DNA of 64,000 nt, taken from IMG/VR virus record IMGVR_UViG_2615840601_000001; one strand, written 5' to 3'. Positions 1 to 9,832 of the stretch are shown here, one piece after another (the stretch's first letter is position 1; each line of letters begins with the position of its first letter). Made by a program: the position numbers and the translations under genes. The notes beneath the pieces are model-generated. The model saw nothing but the letters and a program-made list of their open reading frames with translations. It had not been told where the DNA came from and ran no database searches. The stretch is from a virus (taxonomy: Duplodnaviria; Caudoviricetes).

Positions 1-462
1 CTAAAGTACCGCGAGTTTCAAAAGATCGCGGCATCTTTCTTTAAGCTGAGTTCGCATCTCTTCAGGCGGGTATTTGCCCTTGTCCTCTGCGATCTTGCGA
101 TAGCATTCCATATAAACCAGCCAAAGCTTTTCCGGGCCTATTTTCACCCGTCGATTTTGAGCTTGGAATTCTGCGACCGTCACAACAACTGCTTCCATCA
201 ATTCAGCGTCTAGCGGCTTGACGGGTATTTCATCCAAATAGATCTCACCTTCACCGGTGAACAACCAATGCAGGCTCACGTTGGTAGCGCGTCTTATCTT
301 TTCGATCGCCTCGGCATCTGGCGAGCGAGTCCCCCTCTCATAGTTGGTATAGGAATCGAACTTGATCCCCACTCGTTCGCTGAATTCCACACGCGTCTCG
401 TTCCCACGCAAGAAGGTAAGCCTTTGTGAAAAGGGTGTTTTTGGCTTTGGAGGTCTACCCAT
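1..462 (-). CDS. XRE-family HTH prophage repressor (no peptidase domain)
   Basis: TRVEFSERVGIKFDSYTNYERGTRSP...VSLHWLFTGEG is a typical XRE HTH; divergent from a ner-like gene. Confidence 0.85.
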   Translation of the reverse strand: MGRPPKPKTPFSQRLTFLRGNETRVEFSERVGIKFDSYTNYERGTRSPDAEAIEKIRRATNVSLHWLFTGEGEIYLDEIPVKPLDAELMEAVVVTVAEFQAQNRRVKIGPEKLWLVYMECYRKIAEDKGKYPPEEMRTQLKERCRDLLKLAVL

Positions 463-471
463 ATTTTAAAA

Positions 472-519
472 AGGTACAAATACAATCATATTCGATTGAT
501 TAAAGTTTGTTTTGTACCT
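472..519. promoter_or_regulatory. Candidate operator region between divergent repressor and ner genes
   Basis: AT-rich intergenic stretch with inverted repeat AGGTACAAA (472-480) / TTTGTACCT (511-519) and nested CAATC/GATTG. Confidence 0.45.
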
Positions 520-611
520 ATACTCCACTTAGTTAAATAACCCAACTTAGGTCAAAAAAGACAATCGCGAGGCTCCACCCTTTTGATTGTCACAACTTCG
601 AAGGTGTGTTC

Positions 612-953
612 ATGACACGTCCACCCAAGAAGGACAAGGCTCCCGCCGATATCCTTCATTTGCTGCGGAAAATGCAACTGTCCTATGCGGCGGTGGACCG
701 CATGTTCAGCCTCTCGAAAGGAAGCGCCGTTCATGCCGCCCGCACTGCTCATGAGCCCGGTGAAAAGGCTATTTCCGAAGTGCTGGGCCTTCCTGCCAAT
801 CGCATTTGGCCAAGTCGCTACGATCCGCAGACGGGTGAACGTCTGAAACCACAGCCCTCGTCGAACAATAAGCCCAAGCGCGTTCTGCGTCACCGGCAAA
901 TCGACAAGCCTCTCTCCTCATGTGGACAGTCAAAAGGCGGAGAGGCAGCGTGA
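612..953 (+). CDS. ner: Ner/Nlp-like DNA-binding protein
   Basis: ADILHLLRK...GEKAISEVLGLPANRIWPSRY is the Ner signature; first gene of early operon. Confidence 0.88.
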   Translation: MTRPPKKDKAPADILHLLRKMQLSYAAVDRMFSLSKGSAVHAARTAHEPGEKAISEVLGLPANRIWPSRYDPQTGERLKPQPSSNNKPKRVLRHRQIDKPLSSCGQSKGGEAA

Positions 954-1155
954 AAACCCTTCTCGTAAATCCGTGCCCGTTCTTCTTGGCAAATGCGCGA
1001 TCACAGCCGCTCTCGGCCTTCACTTTCGTGTCCCTGAAGGGTGCGCCGGTCGTCCGTGATCGCCGTTTCATTCCAGCGCATTTCCCATGCCGCGCCAAGG
1101 CCAAAAGTCACTTTCGAAATAGACAGCTTTCAGTTTGCGTAAAGGAGCCCAGATC

Positions 1156-1503
1156 ATGAACCGATTGAATGAGGACGAGCTTTATGAATTGTCCTTCCGC
1201 GTTTGTATTGCGGTGGTCAAAGAGAGTTTCAATCACATTCCAGTGGAGCGGATTATTTCGCCGAACCATGGTGAGTTTGATGCCTATCTTGCCCGTCAGA
1301 TCGTGTTGCACTTGTTGGTTCACGAGTTCGGCCTTGTGCGCACTCGGATCGGCAAGTTGATTGAAGTTCGCCGCACGGCCCTCAATGCCTCAATCAGAAC
1401 CATTGATAACCGTCTCGACGATGAGGACTTCGCCGCGCAATATCGTCTATGGGCGAGCCGGGCAAAGGATCTTTATCTCGATAAACTGGCGGAGGCAGCG
1501 TGA
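1156..1503 (+). CDS. DnaA domain IV-like HTH protein
   Basis: LARQIVLHLL...TRIGKLIEVRRTALNASIRTID resembles the DnaA C-terminal ARQIAMYL...IG...DHTTV...I pattern; AAGGAG RBS upstream. Confidence 0.6.
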   Translation: MNRLNEDELYELSFRVCIAVVKESFNHIPVERIISPNHGEFDAYLARQIVLHLLVHEFGLVRTRIGKLIEVRRTALNASIRTIDNRLDDEDFAAQYRLWASRAKDLYLDKLAEAA

Positions 1504-2360
1504 TGTCTGATTTCAAGACGCTGGTAATCGCCGATATCGTTGTTCCTGAACGCCTGCGTATGGTCGACGACGATCACGCATTGGCTATTCAGGCTTCCAT
1601 TGTCCAGCATGGTCAGTTCAATCCGATCACCGTGCGGATTACGCCCAATGGCGAGCGCCCCTATACGCTGGTGGCTGGTGCGCATCGATATCGCGCGGTC
1701 GAACTTCTTGGCGAAGGCGAAGAGATCGACGCCCTTGTTGTGAAGGCGGACAAAGACGAGGCGATCATCCTCGAGATCGAAGAAAACCTCTTCCGCAATG
1801 ATCTGTCAGTCATGGACCGGGCCATCTTCGTCGAAACATATCGTGAAGCATGGGAAAAGGTGCACGGCGTCATCAATCCAAAAGGCGGTCGTCCAAAAAA
1901 CTCCGACAAGTTGTCGGAGTTTTCTGAAAGCCCTGTTGGCTTGTTGGAAGCAGAAGCCCAAAAGGGATTTTCGGCTGTTTGTGCTGATCGATTGGGGGTT
2001 TCGTCAAGGTCAATCGAGAGACTAAGCAAGATCTCGCAAAAACTTCCTAAGTCGGTGCGCAAAGCCATTGCAAACAGCCCGATTGCCGACAATCAGAGCC
2101 AGCTTTTGAAACTGGCGAAAATACCTCCTGAGAAACTGAAAAAGTTTCCCCGTGCCTTCAAAGAAACAAGTGATTTTGTAAAGTCTTTGGAGGCTCTTGA
2201 GCCACCCGCGCCAAAACCAGATCCGGTCATGCAACAACTCTCAGCGCTTATCGGTGCATGGGAGAGGGCAAAACCGGAGGCGCGGGCAAAGTTTTTGTCC
2301 CATGCGGCACTGATCGCAAGCCCTGCTGACAACCCCCAAGAGGGGCACATGTCATCATGA
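1500..2360 (+). CDS. ParB/Srx N-terminal domain protein with HTH
   Basis: GQFNPITVR, LVAGAHRYRA (GxxR motif), EIEENLFRNDLS; overlaps neighbouring genes. Confidence 0.85.
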   Translation: MMSDFKTLVIADIVVPERLRMVDDDHALAIQASIVQHGQFNPITVRITPNGERPYTLVAGAHRYRAVELLGEGEEIDALVVKADKDEAIILEIEENLFRNDLSVMDRAIFVETYREAWEKVHGVINPKGGRPKNSDKLSEFSESPVGLLEAEAQKGFSAVCADRLGVSSRSIERLSKISQKLPKSVRKAIANSPIADNQSQLLKLAKIPPEKLKKFPRAFKETSDFVKSLEALEPPAPKPDPVMQQLSALIGAWERAKPEARAKFLSHAALIASPADNPQEGHMSS

Positions 2361-2821
2361 GCAAGGACTGTCCCGATCAACTAGATTTTTTCAAAAAGCC
2401 GGTATTTGAAACGCGCTTCAAAGACGGGCCAGTCGACCTAGACCGGTTCCGTGCACGTATCAAGCGGGCCATGTCGCAGGCGATCCGTGAGAGCGGCTAT
2501 GATCGCCGGACAATTGCTTTGCGCATGGCCCAGCATCTTGGCCTTGAAAAGCTTAGCAAGACCACTCTGGACGCTTATACGGCAGAGAGCAAAGAGACCC
2601 ACGACATTAGCCTTGTGCGCTTTGCCGCCTTCGTGCGGGCAACCGATGCCACTTGGCTTTGGGATTTGATCTTGTCTCAGGATGGATTGACCATTCTTGA
2701 GGGTGAAGAGCCTCGCCTCGCTGAAATAGCCCGCCTCCAACAAGAACGCAAAAGCATCAATGCAGAGCTGCGCAAATTGCAGGTTCGCCCGGTGCAAATT
2801 GGGGACTGGAGAGCCAAGTGA
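2357..2821 (+). CDS. Conserved Mu-like early protein (DNA-binding), homolog of 40260..40718
   Basis: SKTTLDAYTAESKETHDIS matches SRDSIDAWTSEARENNNIS in prophage 2; immediately precedes MuA in both. Confidence 0.7.
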   Translation: MSKDCPDQLDFFKKPVFETRFKDGPVDLDRFRARIKRAMSQAIRESGYDRRTIALRMAQHLGLEKLSKTTLDAYTAESKETHDISLVRFAAFVRATDATWLWDLILSQDGLTILEGEEPRLAEIARLQQERKSINAELRKLQVRPVQIGDWRAK

Positions 2822-4741
2822 CGCAGAAATTCTTTACCGCCGCCGAGATAGCCGAAATGCACGGATCCAGTCTGCGCTACATTAATCAACTTGCCGCACG
2901 GCAGGGATGGCGCAAACAAACTGGAAAGGCGCAAAAACGTGCCGGTCGCGGTGGTGGGTGGGAATACCATTTGGACCTGTTGCCTGAGATTGTTCGCACT
3001 CGTTTGGCGGTGAGTTCTGAACCAGTTGAAAAGCCCAAAGATCGAAACGAGTCGTGGCAGCATTTTGAAGGGCTTTCGAAAGCCCGAAAAGAAGCCTGTG
3101 AACGCCGTTTGAAAGTGGTCGATGCCGTCGACCAGCTGATCAAAGGGGGCATGACCGAGACCGCAGCCACATCATATGCAGCCAACAAGTTCAGCGTTGC
3201 GCAGAAGCGTGAGGGCATGGCGTAATAAGACTGCGAATGTGGAACGGTCTGACCGACTGCCTGCCTTGGCTGACGGCTATAAGCCAACCGCTCAATTTTC
3301 AGAGTGCCATCCTGATGCATGGGCCGCGCTAAAGAGCGATTATTTGCGCCCAGAGAAGCCTTCTTTCTCAGCCTGCTATCGCCGCATAAAAGACGCCGCT
3401 CCTGCTCATGGATGGGAGCCAATTCCAAACGCGCAAAGCCTTCGCCGTCGCCTCAAAGATGAAGTGTCAGAAGCCGTTGTCACTCTGGCACGCAAGGGCC
3501 GTGAGAAGGCAAAGACGCTTTACCCGGCACAACGGCGAGATCGGTCCGGACTACATGCCATGCAAGCGGTCAATATGGACGGACACCGGTTCGATGTTTT
3601 CGTCAAGATGGGTGAGAATGAGGGGCCAGTCCGCGTTCACTTGATCGCTCTACAAGACCTCTATTCAGGCAAAATGGTTGCATGGCGATTGTCCCAATCT
3701 GAAAGCAAAGACGTGGTTCGTCTTGTTATCGGCGATATGGTCGAGCGGCATGGAATACCTGACAAGATTTTGCTCGATAACGGTCGCGCCTTTGCTTCCA
3801 AATGGATCAGCGGCGGGACGCCTAATCGATACCGGTTCAAGGTTCGGGATGAAGATCCTCAAGGCCTGCTAACAGCACTTGGCGTTGAGGTGGTTTGGGC
3901 AACGCCATATTCGGGGCAGTCCAAACCGATTGAACGTGCTTTTCGCGATCTCTGTGACGACATTTCCAAGCATCCGTTTTGCGCTGGTGCCTATACAGGC
4001 AATCGACCAGAAGCAAAGCCCGAGAACTATGGCGACCGTGCCGTTCCCTTCCAAGATTTTGCCGTTCATGTCGAGCGAATGATTGCAGAACATAACTCCC
4101 GGATCGGCCGCGAGAGCGGAAACGCCAAAGGCAGGAGTTTCGACCAGACATTCAGTGAGAGTCTTGCCGAACCGACCACTTTGATCAAGTGGCCTACGAA
4201 CGCGCAGCGCGCACTCTGGCTTATGGCTGGTGAGCGTATCCGCGCCCAAAAGGGTTCGGGCGAAATCCATCTGTTTGGCAACCGTTACTGGTCGCGCGAA
4301 TTGAACGCTCATGCTGGCCAGCCGGTCACGGTTCGCTTTGATCCCGATCAGCTAACAAAGCCGATGCACGTCTATGACCACAAAGACCGTCTGATCTGCG
4401 TTGCCGAATGCATCGCTGATACCGGCTTCTTTGATAGTCAAGCTGCCCGTGATCATGCCGCCAAGCGTAATGCACTGATGAAAAACATTCGCGAGGGCAA
4501 GAAGCTGCACGCTGAGCTTTCGCCTGAAACGTTGGCCGATTTGTACGGCTCACAAAAGACAATTCCCACCCCTGAGGCAGAGCCGCCCCGCTTCAAACAG
4601 TTGGCGGTTGGCAATGGCTTAAGTGTGCCCGCTGAGCGGGTTGAATGGGATGCTGAAAACGAAGCCGCTTTCTCCAAAGCCATAAACGCCTTGGAAGGGA
4701 ACGTTCTGGAATTTCCCGAGAATGGGAAGAGTGGTCGCTAG
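2818..4741 (+). pseudogene. MuA-like DDE transposase split by a frameshift near 3196-3205 (ORFs 2818..3225 and 3176..4741)
   Basis: N-part has Mu-type HTH (GRGGGWEYHLDLLPE); C-part has DDE core (NMDGH, LLDNGRAF, SKPIERAF) and Mu C-terminal domain; the prophage 2 homolog is one ORF. Confidence 0.75.
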
Positions 4742-4753
4742 TTTTGCGTTGAC

Positions 4754-4785
4754 CAAAAAAATAGGGCGGGAAGACCCGCCCAAAA
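4754..4785 (-). terminator. GC-rich hairpin between MuA and MuB; terminator-like on the minus strand
   Basis: GGGCGGG-AAGA-CCCGCCC preceded by an A-run on + (U-tract on -). Confidence 0.45.
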
Positions 4786-4808
4786 AGTAAAAGACAAAGG
4801 GAATATAG

Positions 4809-5831
4809 ATGACACAGACGCAAACCGCAAGGGACTGGGAACTCCCAACAAGTGCTCCAGAGATCGACGGCAATAGCCCCGGTCGCAGTTCCGCTGATCT
4901 TGATGAATGGAAGACCCTTGTAAGGAAGGTTTTCGATATCGCGCCCCAGAAAAACTGGACGAAAAGCGATGTTGCTCGCCGGATCGATATGGCGATGGGA
5001 ACCTTTAGCCAATGGTATTCGGGCAAGTACACGGGACGGCTGGATACCAATAACGCCAAAGTTCGGAAATGGCTGTCCTCGATAGAGGAAATGGACGAAC
5101 TGGCGTTGACGGTGCCGACAGGGCCGGACTTCGTGTTCACGCCAACGGCGCGTGAGATCATCGGAGCATTGCAGTTCGCCCAGCTCATGCCTGATTTTGT
5201 GACGGTTACCGCCGCCGCTGGAACTGGCAAAACGGCGGCTTGCCTTCACTATGCTCGCACTCGCCCTAACGTTTGGATGGTGACCGCTTCTCCGCACACA
5301 AAGACTGTCCACGGCATGCTTGTGGAGTTGGCGACGGAGCTTGATATCATCCAGCACAACCCCGCGAGACTTGTTCGGGCCATCGGTTCCCGACTGAAAA
5401 AATCGGGAGGCGGAACCCTGCTGATTGTGGACGAGGCTCAGAACCTTGTCGACGATGCCATCAATCAGCTCAGGCACTTTGTCGACAACTATCAATGCGG
5501 CCTCGCTCTGGTCGGCAACGATGAGATTTACACCCGCTTTGCAAAGCGTACCGACGGGCCATCCTTTGCGCAGCTCAAGCGCCGCATTGGCAAGCGAGTT
5601 CGTAAGAGCGAGCCCATGGCTGAGGACATTGAAATGATCTTGGACGGTTGGGGTGTCACTGATCCCGATGTTCGTCGGGTGCTTGTCGGGATTGGTCGAA
5701 AAGAGGGTGCGCTTGGGCAGATCGACAAAACCCTGAAACTCGCAACCATGACCGCGAATGGCGAAGGCAAGCCTGTGACGGCTGAGTTAGTCAAGCGCGC
5801 TTGGGCCAATCGTGATGTGGAGGGCCTTTGA
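4809..5831 (+). CDS. MuB-like AAA+ transposition ATPase
   Basis: N-terminal HTH, Walker A AAAGTGKT, Walker B LLIVDEAQ, GLALVGN; follows MuA. Confidence 0.92.
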   Translation: MTQTQTARDWELPTSAPEIDGNSPGRSSADLDEWKTLVRKVFDIAPQKNWTKSDVARRIDMAMGTFSQWYSGKYTGRLDTNNAKVRKWLSSIEEMDELALTVPTGPDFVFTPTAREIIGALQFAQLMPDFVTVTAAAGTGKTAACLHYARTRPNVWMVTASPHTKTVHGMLVELATELDIIQHNPARLVRAIGSRLKKSGGGTLLIVDEAQNLVDDAINQLRHFVDNYQCGLALVGNDEIYTRFAKRTDGPSFAQLKRRIGKRVRKSEPMAEDIEMILDGWGVTDPDVRRVLVGIGRKEGALGQIDKTLKLATMTANGEGKPVTAELVKRAWANRDVEGL

Positions 5832-5832
5832 T

Positions 5833-6159
5833 ATGCCCGCTGCTTTGAAAAGGACCTCACCCGTCACGTTTGAAATCGGCCAGATCCGCGGATTGGTCGC
5901 AGAAAACACCAATGAGCATGGGTTCTATTTGACCGTTGACCGGTCGAGGATCCTGCGTGACAGGCTGGAAGTCATTAGCCGTGCAGTTGCCAACATGGAA
6001 CGGGAGTTGGCGGTCCACCGTATCGCAGAACAAGACGCCGCTGCGGCGGGCGTTCTCGACGACTTCATTTGTGAATTGCTTGAGGAGGCTGTCGGCGAGG
6101 ATGAAATCGACACCTGCAATATCGTTTTTCCGAGCTTTGAGAAAGGAAGACAGTCATGA
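5833..6159 (+). CDS. Hypothetical early protein
   Basis: Tightly packed ORF in operon, GGAGGG RBS upstream. Confidence 0.55.
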   Translation: MPAALKRTSPVTFEIGQIRGLVAENTNEHGFYLTVDRSRILRDRLEVISRAVANMERELAVHRIAEQDAAAAGVLDDFICELLEEAVGEDEIDTCNIVFPSFEKGRQS

Positions 6160-6779
6160 CGGATCAAATCCAGATACCCGAAGGTTTCATGCTGAACGCC
6201 AAGGGAGACCTTGTCCACGAAAGCAATATCAGAGCGCAGCATTTGCTCGAAGATGAACTGGTGAACAAGCTCATAGAAAGAGCCAAACCACTAAACGAAG
6301 CACTCTCTTCATTTCGGGAGAACGCGATCAGCGAGATTGATGGGTTTGTTGATTTGCTGGTGAGCAGTTATGGCGACAAAAAAAGGGGGGGCAGAAAAGG
6401 GAATGTGACGCTCACCAGCTTTGATGGTTCCAAGCGAATTGAGTTGGTCGTTGCTGAAACGATTGGCTTCGGGCCTGAGCTGATTGCAGCAAGAGAGCTG
6501 ATTGAGGAATGTTTGCGCGAGTGGACGGAGAACGCCAATCCGCAGCTCATGACGATCGTTGAACGAGCGTTTCGCCTTAACAAGAAAGGCGAAATTACAG
6601 TTTCAAACGTGATGGAGCTGCATCAGTACGAGTTCACAGATGAGCGGTGGAGAAAGGCCATGCGGGCTATCAACGATTCCACGCGAGCCACCAGTACGAA
6701 ACGCTATGTCCGGATATCCGAACGCCGGAACCAAGATGAGAAATTCTCCTCAATTCCTCTTGATGCCGTAAATGCGTGA
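6156..6779 (+). CDS. DUF3164-family Mu-like early protein
   Basis: RGGRKGNVTLTSFDG, FGPELIAARELIEEC, WRKAMRAI; homolog of 44932..45555. Confidence 0.85.
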   Translation: MTDQIQIPEGFMLNAKGDLVHESNIRAQHLLEDELVNKLIERAKPLNEALSSFRENAISEIDGFVDLLVSSYGDKKRGGRKGNVTLTSFDGSKRIELVVAETIGFGPELIAARELIEECLREWTENANPQLMTIVERAFRLNKKGEITVSNVMELHQYEFTDERWRKAMRAINDSTRATSTKRYVRISERRNQDEKFSSIPLDAVNA

Positions 6780-6785
6780 GGTGAA

Positions 6786-7034
6786 ATGATGGAACCCAAT
6801 TTAGAACAAATGGCAGGCGACGAGATGACCCGCATCGTCGCTGACGGTGTGAAAGGGATTGTCGATCGGGCTGACGGTGCGACCGAGCAGGCGGTTTTGC
6901 TGCAATTGGTTTGTACCACCGCTTTGTTTGGTCTTTCCGAAACGCTTACACCGGCGATGGTTGCGAATTGGCTTCGAGGCTTATCGGGGACATTCGACCG
7001 GTTGAGCGCCGTTCAAAGAGGGGAGCTCAACTGA
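6786..7034 (+). CDS. Hypothetical early protein
   Basis: GAGGTG RBS, coupled to next gene by TGATG. Confidence 0.55.
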   Translation: MMEPNLEQMAGDEMTRIVADGVKGIVDRADGATEQAVLLQLVCTTALFGLSETLTPAMVANWLRGLSGTFDRLSAVQRGELN

Positions 7035-7282
7035 TGCCTCTCCTGACTGAATTGCAAATCAACTGTCTCAAGATCATGCAGCGCAGAAATGTCGCTTGTG
7101 GCGCTGAAACGTGCAGCCGTGTCTCGACCATAGCTTGGGAGCTGGGCAAGACCACCAAGCAGGCAACTGACTGCCTGTCTCGGCTGAATAGAAAGGAATT
7201 GGTGAAACGTACAGGTGTCGGGCTTTGGAGCCTGACTTCTCAAGGGCTGCAATACAAAATCGATTTGCCACCGGGTGAATGA
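7034..7282 (+). CDS. Small winged-helix protein
   Basis: LTELQINCL...STIAWELGKT...CLSRLNRKELV...GLWSLTSQG; counterpart 45567..45800. Confidence 0.6.
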   Translation: MPLLTELQINCLKIMQRRNVACGAETCSRVSTIAWELGKTTKQATDCLSRLNRKELVKRTGVGLWSLTSQGLQYKIDLPPGE

Positions 7283-7475
7283 AATGAATGCCAGACGGGA
7301 AACTCAGTCAAATGACCTTTTCGTCTGGCAAGCGCGTGCCGAAATCGAGGCACAGCGAGCGGCGCTTCAAACCCGCATTGAAAAGCAATCGAAACACTCT
7401 CACAAGCGTGTCGCTCTGGTCACTCGCATTCAGGATTTGACGACGCAGCTTTTGGAATTGGAGACAAAACGATGA
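7275..7475 (+). CDS. Hypothetical coiled-coil protein
   Basis: Overlapping ORF in operon. Confidence 0.55.
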   Translation: MNEMNARRETQSNDLFVWQARAEIEAQRAALQTRIEKQSKHSHKRVALVTRIQDLTTQLLELETKR

Positions 7476-8101
7476 GTGCAATTCCAGCAATCCACGTCGG
7501 GCTCAAGCAGTTGGGCATTGCCGAAGAAGACGCACGCGATCTCTATCAGCGACAGACCGGAAAACGCTCTTTGAAGGTCATGACCTCAAAGCAGCATGAG
7601 GCGGTCTTGGGCGAGCTGCGTAGAATGGGATTTTCCAAGACCAACGGGAAGAAAAAGCTGGAAGGCAAATTTGCTCCCAAGCTTCAAGCGCTCTGGATTG
7701 CCGCTTGGAATTTGGGGATTGTCCGCGATCGCAAAGACAGCGCCTTGTTGGCATTTGTAAAGCGGCAGACCGGGATCGATCACACGCGCTTTCTACAATA
7801 TCCTGAAGACGCCACGAAGGCGATCGAAGCGCTCAAGAGCTGGATGCGGCGGGAGGCTGGTGTTGAATGGAACGTCGAACGTTGGATGCCCGACCATATG
7901 CAAGATGCTCGGTACCAAGTCGCTATTGCTCAGGCCAGCATTCTTGCAAATAGGACCGATGGCATCTCAACAGCAAAAGGCATCCTGATCATCAATTGCG
8001 CATCCCTTTTTGGTCATAGCGATCTTGATGCCTTCGAGGCGTCTGACTGGATCGAACTGCAAAACCTTCTGGGCAAGCTGGTCCGTAGGGAGACACCATG
8101 A
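7472..8101 (+). CDS. gemA: GemA / Mu gp16 (DUF1018) family protein
   Basis: IHVGLKQLGI...RQTGKRSLKVMT...VLGELRRMGF and KAIEALKSW; position before Mor. Confidence 0.85.
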   Translation: MSAIPAIHVGLKQLGIAEEDARDLYQRQTGKRSLKVMTSKQHEAVLGELRRMGFSKTNGKKKLEGKFAPKLQALWIAAWNLGIVRDRKDSALLAFVKRQTGIDHTRFLQYPEDATKAIEALKSWMRREAGVEWNVERWMPDHMQDARYQVAIAQASILANRTDGISTAKGILIINCASLFGHSDLDAFEASDWIELQNLLGKLVRRETP

Positions 8102-8511
8102 GCAGCTCGCTTCCTATCGTATTGCAAGAGATTGCCGATATCACGGGTGACGCCATGGATGCGATCGAGCTCGCACAGAACTATGGTGGAAGCCGTGTTC
8201 AGATCCCCGCGTATGTTCAGCCTGAGGGACATTGGTTGACTGACCTGGTTGGCTTGAAAAAGGCCAAACAGATATGCGACTTCTATCGCGTGATAACGCC
8301 AGAGGGGCGTTCTATTGGCTACTACATGGATGTGCCGCTCGGCTTGAAGTCTCGGCATGAGATTATTCGCAAGCGCATTGACAGCTTGCTGGCAGAAGGC
8401 CGCTCGCACGATGTGATTGCTCGCGAGGTTGGCGTCTCTCGATTGACTGTGCTAAGAAGATCGAAGGAAAAACCACCCGACCGTGGTCAAATGGATTTGT
8501 TCAGTCATTGA
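8098..8511 (+). CDS. Mor/C-family late transcription activator
   Basis: LPIVLQEIADITG...LAQNYGGSRVQIP plus C-terminal HTH; last gene before lysis promoter. Confidence 0.85.
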   Translation: MSSSLPIVLQEIADITGDAMDAIELAQNYGGSRVQIPAYVQPEGHWLTDLVGLKKAKQICDFYRVITPEGRSIGYYMDVPLGLKSRHEIIRKRIDSLLAEGRSHDVIAREVGVSRLTVLRRSKEKPPDRGQMDLFSH

Positions 8512-8514
8512 GCT

Positions 8515-8534
8515 GGTAACATTTGTTACCGGCT
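8515..8534 (+). promoter_or_regulatory. Late-promoter activator site 1 (lysis operon)
   Basis: GGTAACATTTGTTACCGGCT dyad; related motif recurs at 16305, 21185, 26836. Confidence 0.75.
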
Positions 8535-8585
8535 TTTTTGTTGCCTTGTTGGCGCATTCTAGGTGCATCAACAGAGGTAACCTGC

Positions 8586-9185
8586 ATGCACAATCCTCCC
8601 TTCAATTCGACATCGATGCGCGAGCTTTCAAGCGTCAATCCGCTGTTGGCTGCAATCACCCTTCGCGCCGCACAGATTTGCGAGCAGCCCTTTCAGGTGA
8701 CCAACGGTATTCGGTCACTTGAGGATCAAGTCAGAAACCTAGAGCGAGGCGCGTCCAAAACGCTGGCGTCCACTCATCTGATTGGCATTGCCGACGATCT
8801 ACATGCGACGTCACCGGATGGGGCTGAGATCCTTTGGGAGCCCCTAAGTCTCTATCAGACTATCCAAATCTCCATGAAACAGGCGGCATCGGAATTTGGT
8901 GTGAAGCTGAAATGGGGTGGCGATTGGGGCTGGGACAGCGTTCATTTCCAACTCTCTACAAGCAAATACGGTCCTTCACTTGGGCTGAGTGGACAGGCCG
9001 TTGTTAATTGCCAGCGGCTTCTCAACCTCGTGTCTCCTGAACCTTTGGAAGTGGATGGCCATTTTGGCCAGATCACAGACAAGGCCGTCAGGGGTTTTCA
9101 GGCAAGCGTGAAGCTGCCCGTCACCGGCATTGTCAATTATCCCACCCTGAAAAAATTGATCCCGGCTTTTGAAAGGAGCCTCTAA
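8586..9185 (+). CDS. Endolysin: M15-type peptidase plus peptidoglycan-binding domain
   Basis: GIRSLEDQ, STHLIGIADD, KWGGDW..DSVHFQL; C-terminal VDGHFGQITDKAVRGFQ...TGIV. Confidence 0.88.
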   Translation: MHNPPFNSTSMRELSSVNPLLAAITLRAAQICEQPFQVTNGIRSLEDQVRNLERGASKTLASTHLIGIADDLHATSPDGAEILWEPLSLYQTIQISMKQAASEFGVKLKWGGDWGWDSVHFQLSTSKYGPSLGLSGQAVVNCQRLLNLVSPEPLEVDGHFGQITDKAVRGFQASVKLPVTGIVNYPTLKKLIPAFERSL

Positions 9186-9382
9186 TGAACGACGTCAAAC
9201 CCGCATTTGCATCCAAGATCAACTGGACCGCTATTCTCGGTGCCGCAGCCGGTCTTGGGACCGTATTTGGTCTCGATATTGATCCTGCTTTGCAGGCTAA
9301 AATCGTCGCGACAACCTCAGCCGTTTCGTCTGCTGCGATTGTGGTCTGGCGGACTTGGTACACCAGCAAAAAAGTGGGCTAG
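9185..9382 (+). CDS. Holin (two transmembrane segments)
   Basis: Small, hydrophobic, basic C-terminus, directly after endolysin. Confidence 0.7.
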   Translation: MNDVKPAFASKINWTAILGAAAGLGTVFGLDIDPALQAKIVATTSAVSSAAIVVWRTWYTSKKVG

Positions 9383-9648
9383 TGGTCGCTTTCTTCAAAG
9401 TTCTTTGGGCTGCCCTTCAATTGATTGCGACGGGCGCGCGTTACGCGGCGAAGCAGGAAAGCAACAAGGCTGCTCAACAGAAGCTTTTGTTGAACTTGAT
9501 CATTCGGATCACGGAGCAGATGAATGCGGCGATACAGGCGGGGCATGAATTTGATGCTGAGTTGCATGCCAATCCTGACGGGCTGCTCAATGATGACGGA
9601 TACAAGCGGCAAGCCGACAGAATTCGAGATGGCCCTAGCCAGCATTAA
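9382..9648 (+). CDS. Rz-like inner-membrane spanin
   Basis: N-terminal hydrophobic segment plus helical body; overlapped by a lipoprotein ORF. Confidence 0.6.
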   Translation: MVAFFKVLWAALQLIATGARYAAKQESNKAAQQKLLLNLIIRITEQMNAAIQAGHEFDAELHANPDGLLNDDGYKRQADRIRDGPSQH

Positions 9649-9832
9649 AACTCAAGAAAACAAGGACCGTCTGCCGTCTGTCATTTGCTCTGCCTTTGAG
9701 CCGCTGAGTTGGAGCGCAGAAGACACGAGGCAGACGGTTGTCGAGTTGAAACGGCACAATAGAAAATGGCTTCGGGTCTGTGATCCGGAGAAATATGGAA
9801 AACTTGCGAGAGGGCAAGATGACAAAAGCTAA
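9545..9832 (+). CDS. Rz1-like outer-membrane lipoprotein spanin
   Basis: Lipobox ILTGC, overlaps the 3' part of the Rz-like gene in another frame. Confidence 0.65.
   Translation: MNLMLSCMPILTGCSMMTDTSGKPTEFEMALASIKTQENKDRLPSVICSAFEPLSWSAEDTRQTVVELKRHNRKWLRVCDPEKYGKLARGQDDKS

Noticed and set aside
920-1159. 79-aa ORF between ner and the DnaA-like gene
   Set aside because: May be a real small gene from GTG 950 (GGAGAGG upstream), but the sequence gives no support for any product
6378-6391. A7G7 run in the DUF3164 gene as a phase-variation site
   Set aside because: Encodes the conserved KKRGG motif in frame, and the gene is intact
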